Assembly: GCA_036172245.1 (NCBI GenBank) | Contig: JAYWIR010000013.1 | Coordinates: 2,542,001-2,606,000, forward strand | Origin: Raillietiella orientalis | Lineage: Eukaryota | DNA length: 64,000 nt | Direction: 5' to 3' | Shown: piece after piece, positions 59,127 through 64,000 of the stretch | Layout: every line of letters starts with the position of its first letter | How positions within the stretch are numbered: position 1 is the stretch's first letter | Translations under genes and position numbers: made by a program | The notes under the pieces: generated by a model | Seen by the model: only the letters and a program-made list of their open reading frames with translations | What the model was told of the DNA's origin: nothing | Database searches by the model: none

Positions 59127-62100
59127 CTACCGGGATTGTTCCCATGCTGCTGAGGCGGGATGGGAGCGCGCATTGGAGTTTTGCACTCTGCCTGCGGATT
59201 CGGCGTCGAAGGTGGTCGGGCGCGCCAACACACGCTGAACGCACTTTGGAGCAGAGCGGCATCCCCGCCGCGACGGGATGGTGTTCCTTCCTACCTGTTC
59301 CTCGCACGGACCGAGCATGAAGGCGCAACGGGAATGACAACAACAAACCTTTGGGGATCAGGAACCATATGCAACCAGCGAGCAGTAGCAGCAGGAGGAG
59401 AGAGGAGAGCACACCGAGGATTATCAGGGTGAACGTGTCCAGTTCTGAAAAGCACGAAATCCTCAGCAACGAGTCTCCTGAAATGTCCTGAAACGTCGTC
59501 CGATGGCCGCGTGCGTTCCTTGCCAGGGCAGCAAATCCGTCGCGCGACGGACGTTGGGAGTTCGCAAATGGGAGCATTCTGGTTTACTCACTCCATTTCC
59601 TCCATTCGCATAGTGGTCCCTCGAACGCCACTGGGCAGGAACATTGCACTTGCTTATCGGACTTCAGTTCGCATTTTCCACCGTTCATGCACGGACATCC
59701 TGAAGCGAGACGAACGAGAATGGCGGAGGAACGTTCCTCGTGTTGGCGAGCGATCCGCCATGGTGCTTAGTGATTTAGCGGAGCAATATCGGATTTTTGC
59801 GCGGCGAGGGCTTCTGCAAAGGGGACAGGGATACCAAGCTTTCCTTCTTACGAAATGCAAAGCCAGGTTTCCAGCTGTTCTCTTCGCCCGAGGCGGATAG
59901 GTCGATGGGCGGATAGTCACACCCGATTTCCCCTCGGTGGAAGGTTGCGGCGAGAGTGACAAGCAAACAGATCTTGCAGCGGTCCACTTACCGCACACGG
60001 AGAATCCCGTGCTCTCGTCCTTCATGCAAAGGTTTTTGCAGTCTGAAGTCTTCTTGCATCCGCAACCGTCCGGATAGGGTGCTCGTCGACACTGAACTGG
60101 CAAGGATAACGGCTTACCATTCCCGTATCCCCTTTTGAGGCGAGTGCAAGCAGCTGTGGAGGTCATTACCGCACTTCCTGAAGCCCGTAGAGGGAACCAG
60201 TAAGCAGATACGGCTGGCGCACTGATCGTTCGACTCGCAGGCACAGCCGTCGGGGAGATGCGATCCCGTGCACCCACCTAATTGCGGTGGACAGCAGAAT
60301 AAGAAAAAGTGTAGAAATCCTTTCTCTACGAGGCTTTCGCAGACACACCCTCAAGGGAAGCCGAACTCCGCACGCGGAAGGTTTGGCAAAGACACGGTTC
60401 ACGCAGCGAAGAGTCCGTGAATCACGCATGATTCACGGACACCTCGCTTGCGCATCCCCCAAAAGAGGACTTTCGCATCCTTGCGACGGATGCGTGCGCT
60501 GCTGTCAGCTGCGAGGTGCTTTCGCTTCCAGCTCCATGCTGACCGCCAGCAACTCCGACGGGCAACCACGCAGGGAGCATCGGCTCACCCGCTCTGCCGT
60601 CCGAATGTGGATCCACACGCGCGTTGCTGTGTGGATTTTCTCCGGGCGCGCGAACCATCGCATCGGTAGCGTGGATCGGCGCGCGAAATCTCAGAAAGAT
60701 GCGGACGACAACCGACCCCGCAAAACCGGGCGGCCGGGTTCACTCCTGACTTCGATCTCCTTCGTTTGAGGTTTGCCTCTGGGCAGTTCGAATCACGCCG
60801 CAAACACCCCCGAGTCCACTTACTTGAATCACAGAGTCCTTTGATGCATTGCTGGAAGCAGTCCCCGTCGTCTTCGCAGGGACATCCCGTAGACTTTGGA
60901 ATGGAGCTGCAGTCCTCTGCAAATGGCCACCCATCAGGGATGAGTGCGTTCCCGAATCCACCGAGTTCACGGAGTAGTGAAACTTTCGCGCGTCAGAAGC
61001 CCGCTGGATGCGACCTTCTTTCATGAACCCAGTGAACCCCTCGGTGCAGCGAATTGTCATTGGCTGCCTGTTTGCTCGTGTTGTCCGCATGACCTCAGAT
61101 GAGAGCCTCTGGTTCCTCCTCATTGTGCGGCAGCTGCGCGCTCACCAGCTCGAGGTTGCGCCTTCTTTCGAGTACGCGGTTGCTACTGCAGCAGAAGCGA
61201 ACAGACCCTCTTACGGAAATGGGTGCGCAAACTCGGCAGCCACGGATCACACGCTGGGGGCGTGAGTTTGCATCCGGAAGCGCCTGCATCGTGGAGACTT
61301 CGGTTGAGTAGCTCTTTCCGGAGAAAAACGGGGTTCAAACCACACGTTCAAACACGGAAGAAGAAACCGGGAGGGAGCATCCGTAAAATGCCGAGATTTA
61401 TGCCGGAATGCTCATTCGAGGACCGAGAACCTGGATCGCAATCAACCGCCAGATCACCCCACGGCTGTAGTTTGCTGTCCTTCCTGCGCGTGGAGGATTC
61501 CGCATGTGGTGGAGCTCCGCTCACCGCGGCAAACGGCGGCAGCGCAGAAGTTTCCGATGCGTCCTTCCACCAGTTTGTTTCGACCCGGGCCCCAGACTGC
61601 GGGCTGGAACCTCGAGGCCCGGCTCCCAGCCACTCACCCCCGTCGCGTGAAACACCCAAGGGATCGCGGAGCAAACGGAACTCCCGGACCGCTGATTCCG
61701 ATTGCCAGGCTAGCACGAATGGTTTCCTCCGGGATGCGATCTGGCGGAAGACTCTTGACTCCGGGATGCTTCCGGAGAGTCCCAGACGGAGGGCTCTTGA
61801 ACAGCACTACGCGCGGAAATCGATCAGAGGGAGTATTCTTGGAGCGTGAAGCTTCCAGGACCAGACGTAATCTCCAAACAGGCCACCGAATCCACGCAGG
61901 CGCGGCCGAGCTGCTCCTTTGGTGGGTTTTCGACTCCCGGGATCAGAGCCGCCGTCGAATACGAGAAGCGTCCCAAGCAGAACAGCCAAGAAGACGGTGT
62001 TCTCCCCTCTGCTTAAGGGAGAAACGCCCTGACCGTCCGGGGGTGATCTGACATGCAGACATTGAGAGAAGAGCAACGCGTACTCATCGATTCGATGTTG

Positions 62101-63635
62101 TCGGCCAACTCGCTGTTGAACCGAAGGCCACGCAGAGTCACCGCAGCATCCGCAACTCCGGACTTGCGAACGGAAGTGGAAACCTCGGATTTCACTGGTT
62201 GGCCATCGGCTGTTCCGTGCTTTGCTGATGCCCGCAGAAGGAGCGAATCAAGCGGCGAGAAGAGCGATGGAACGTGGAATTTCCTTTCCACGGACGCTCC
62301 AGTCGTGGTGGCTCCTTTTGCCTTGCTCCGCTCTTTCCCTCCCGCGGCCTTACCGCAAGTTCCCGTCTTGTTGTGGCACTTCAGCCATCCCAGGCACTGG
62401 ATGTTTTTTGAACACGGACACCCTTCGGCCAGTAGCCCGGACAAGGACACTGTGACTTTGAAGCAGAACTCTGGAACATCACGTGATGCGATGGTGAGCA
62501 TCCTTCCCGGAACTCGGATCCCAGAGGGCGGTCGTCGATCGATCGCCCTGCGCATTGTACCTGCACAACTCAAGCCTTTGGCGGACTCGCTGGGGACGCA
62601 TTTTCGGGAGAAGCACTCGTCGGATGTGGTGCAGGGACAACCGCTCGGCCGCCACTTGCGCTTCGAACACCCGTCATCTGGAACGAGGAAGCGGTCGCTC
62701 GACCTCCCGTGTTCGTGGTGAGGAAGCGAACGCAATGCAAGGCGTGGCGGCAGCGTGAGCGTGAAGCTCTCCCGGAGGCATTCGCGGCGAGATGCAGGCA
62801 GCAGCCAAGATTTCTCAGGTGGCACCCCAAGTCTCCCTCTCTCTTCCTTACAGGTCGTGAAGCCACGCCCGACCCACTGCGGGTGCGGGATGCATGGAGT
62901 CGAAAGATACTTCCCAAAAGCAGTCGGCGAAAGCACACTGAAGCGATCCCGTCCTCCGTACCTGTGCAGTGGCGTCTCCTGCAGTGGTGTTTGCAGTGTG
63001 CATTCGAAGAACACGGGCAGCCAGGAAGTCGTGGTGCGACGGCGCAGTCCACTAAAATGGAGGGCGTGAACAAGTGTGCGGGACTCCCATGAGGACTGGA
63101 AGACCACTCCATTCTTTCAGGGCAGAAAGACGGGCGTGATCCGCCTATTCCTTCCATGCGAGGAAAGGGGTGGAAATTCCGTACCGCAAATCTTCTTCAG
63201 CAATTTCCTCCCGCATACGTTGTGTACGCAATCCTGGGGGTACTTGCACTTGCAAAAGGGAGCCTTGGGGAAGACATCGCACTTTGGATCTGCAACATCG
63301 TTTTCGAGTCAGGCGGGCGGGCAGCACACATAAAGTGACGCATCTTTGGAACTCGACACGGATGAATCGGAACCGGAAACCCTCCCGAGGAGAGTCTGAG
63401 CGCGACAAGGATTCATTTATCAGACGAAAGGAACTGATTGGTGCAGCGGAGCAGTCTGTCTCTACCCAGCCCTCTGTGCACACTTCGTGCACGCGTGCAC
63501 CACTACGGCCGGGGTCGTGCTACTCACAGCATGTTCCGTATACGGACTTCGTTTCCCGTTTCACACAGGAGCCGGAATCGCACTCCGCGTTGGATACGCA
63601 GGAGCAGCCATGCTTTTTTTTTTTTGAACACTTGT
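59127..63635 (-). CDS. Host multi-exon gene: single-pass membrane protein with tandem 6-Cys modules (start probably beyond the window; exon set incomplete)
   Basis: Phase-1 AG/GT-bounded exons with lengths divisible by 3: 63528-63635, 63185-63289, 62962-63051, 62561-62677, 62354-62470, 60824-60916, 59992-60096 (each C..GCxC....C...C..C). TM exon 59349-59444 (LIILGVLSSLLLLLLLAGCIWFLI). Possible last exon 59127-59191. Confidence 0.75.
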
Positions 63636-64000
63636 CTGCAAGAAAAAGAAAGGAAAGGGGAAGAGGGGGAGGAGTGCACCATTGCGGATTATTCGTGCAA
63701 CTCCCTTCCGTGCTCGGCACGCACCTGCATCGCCGCAACCCAGAAACCCCGTTTTCTTGTCCCTAACGCAGACGTTGAAGCACTCCTCAGGCGTGGAACA
63801 CGCGCACCCGTCTGGATAAGGAGGAGCGCAACCTGGAGAGTTGTCATGAGCCAGCCCGCGTGAGCAGCAGCAGTCCCCACCGCATGCTTTGCCGCTGCAG
63901 TACTTCTCCTCGCATTCGCCGGGCTGCGCGCAGGGGCATCCCGGAGGCTTTATGTTCTGCTCGCAGACCCCTGCACAGGACGAGATTGCGGGTTTGGAGA

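Noticed and set aside
62013..63107. 364-aa single-exon ORF
   Set aside because: Read-through of GC-rich introns linking real Cys-module exons; the spliced model explains it better.

Overview
Animal genomic DNA, probably invertebrate (short GT-AG introns, one TTTTCAG acceptor; host not identifiable). About 58 kb is a dense, nested cluster of L1/Tx1-like non-LTR retrotransposons from three families, named A, B and C here. Each has a gag-like CCHC zinc-knuckle ORF1 and an APE+RT ORF2. They have inserted into one another with 12-19 bp target-site duplications (TSDs) and end in AATAAA plus a GC hairpin rather than a long poly(A). Interleaved are endogenous viral fragments from unrelated virus classes. 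These include a toti-like dsRNA virus capsid and an RdRp piece flanked by a perfect 12-bp TSD, a CRESS ssDNA virus origin+Rep split by a LINE, and a phenuivirus nucleocapsid joined across the ACACAAAG panhandle to a divergent ORF. Several unidentified coding-like inserts, one narnavirus-like, are also present. From ~20 kb rightward almost everything lies on the + strand and decay increases toward a host gene on the minus strand (59-64 kb; tandem phase-1 Cys-rich exons plus a TM exon). A ~6.8 kb inverted duplication occupies the left end. The best candidate novel system is a LINE-written, strand-biased archive of viral and TE sequence (piRNA/siRNA-cluster-like); that function is inference only.
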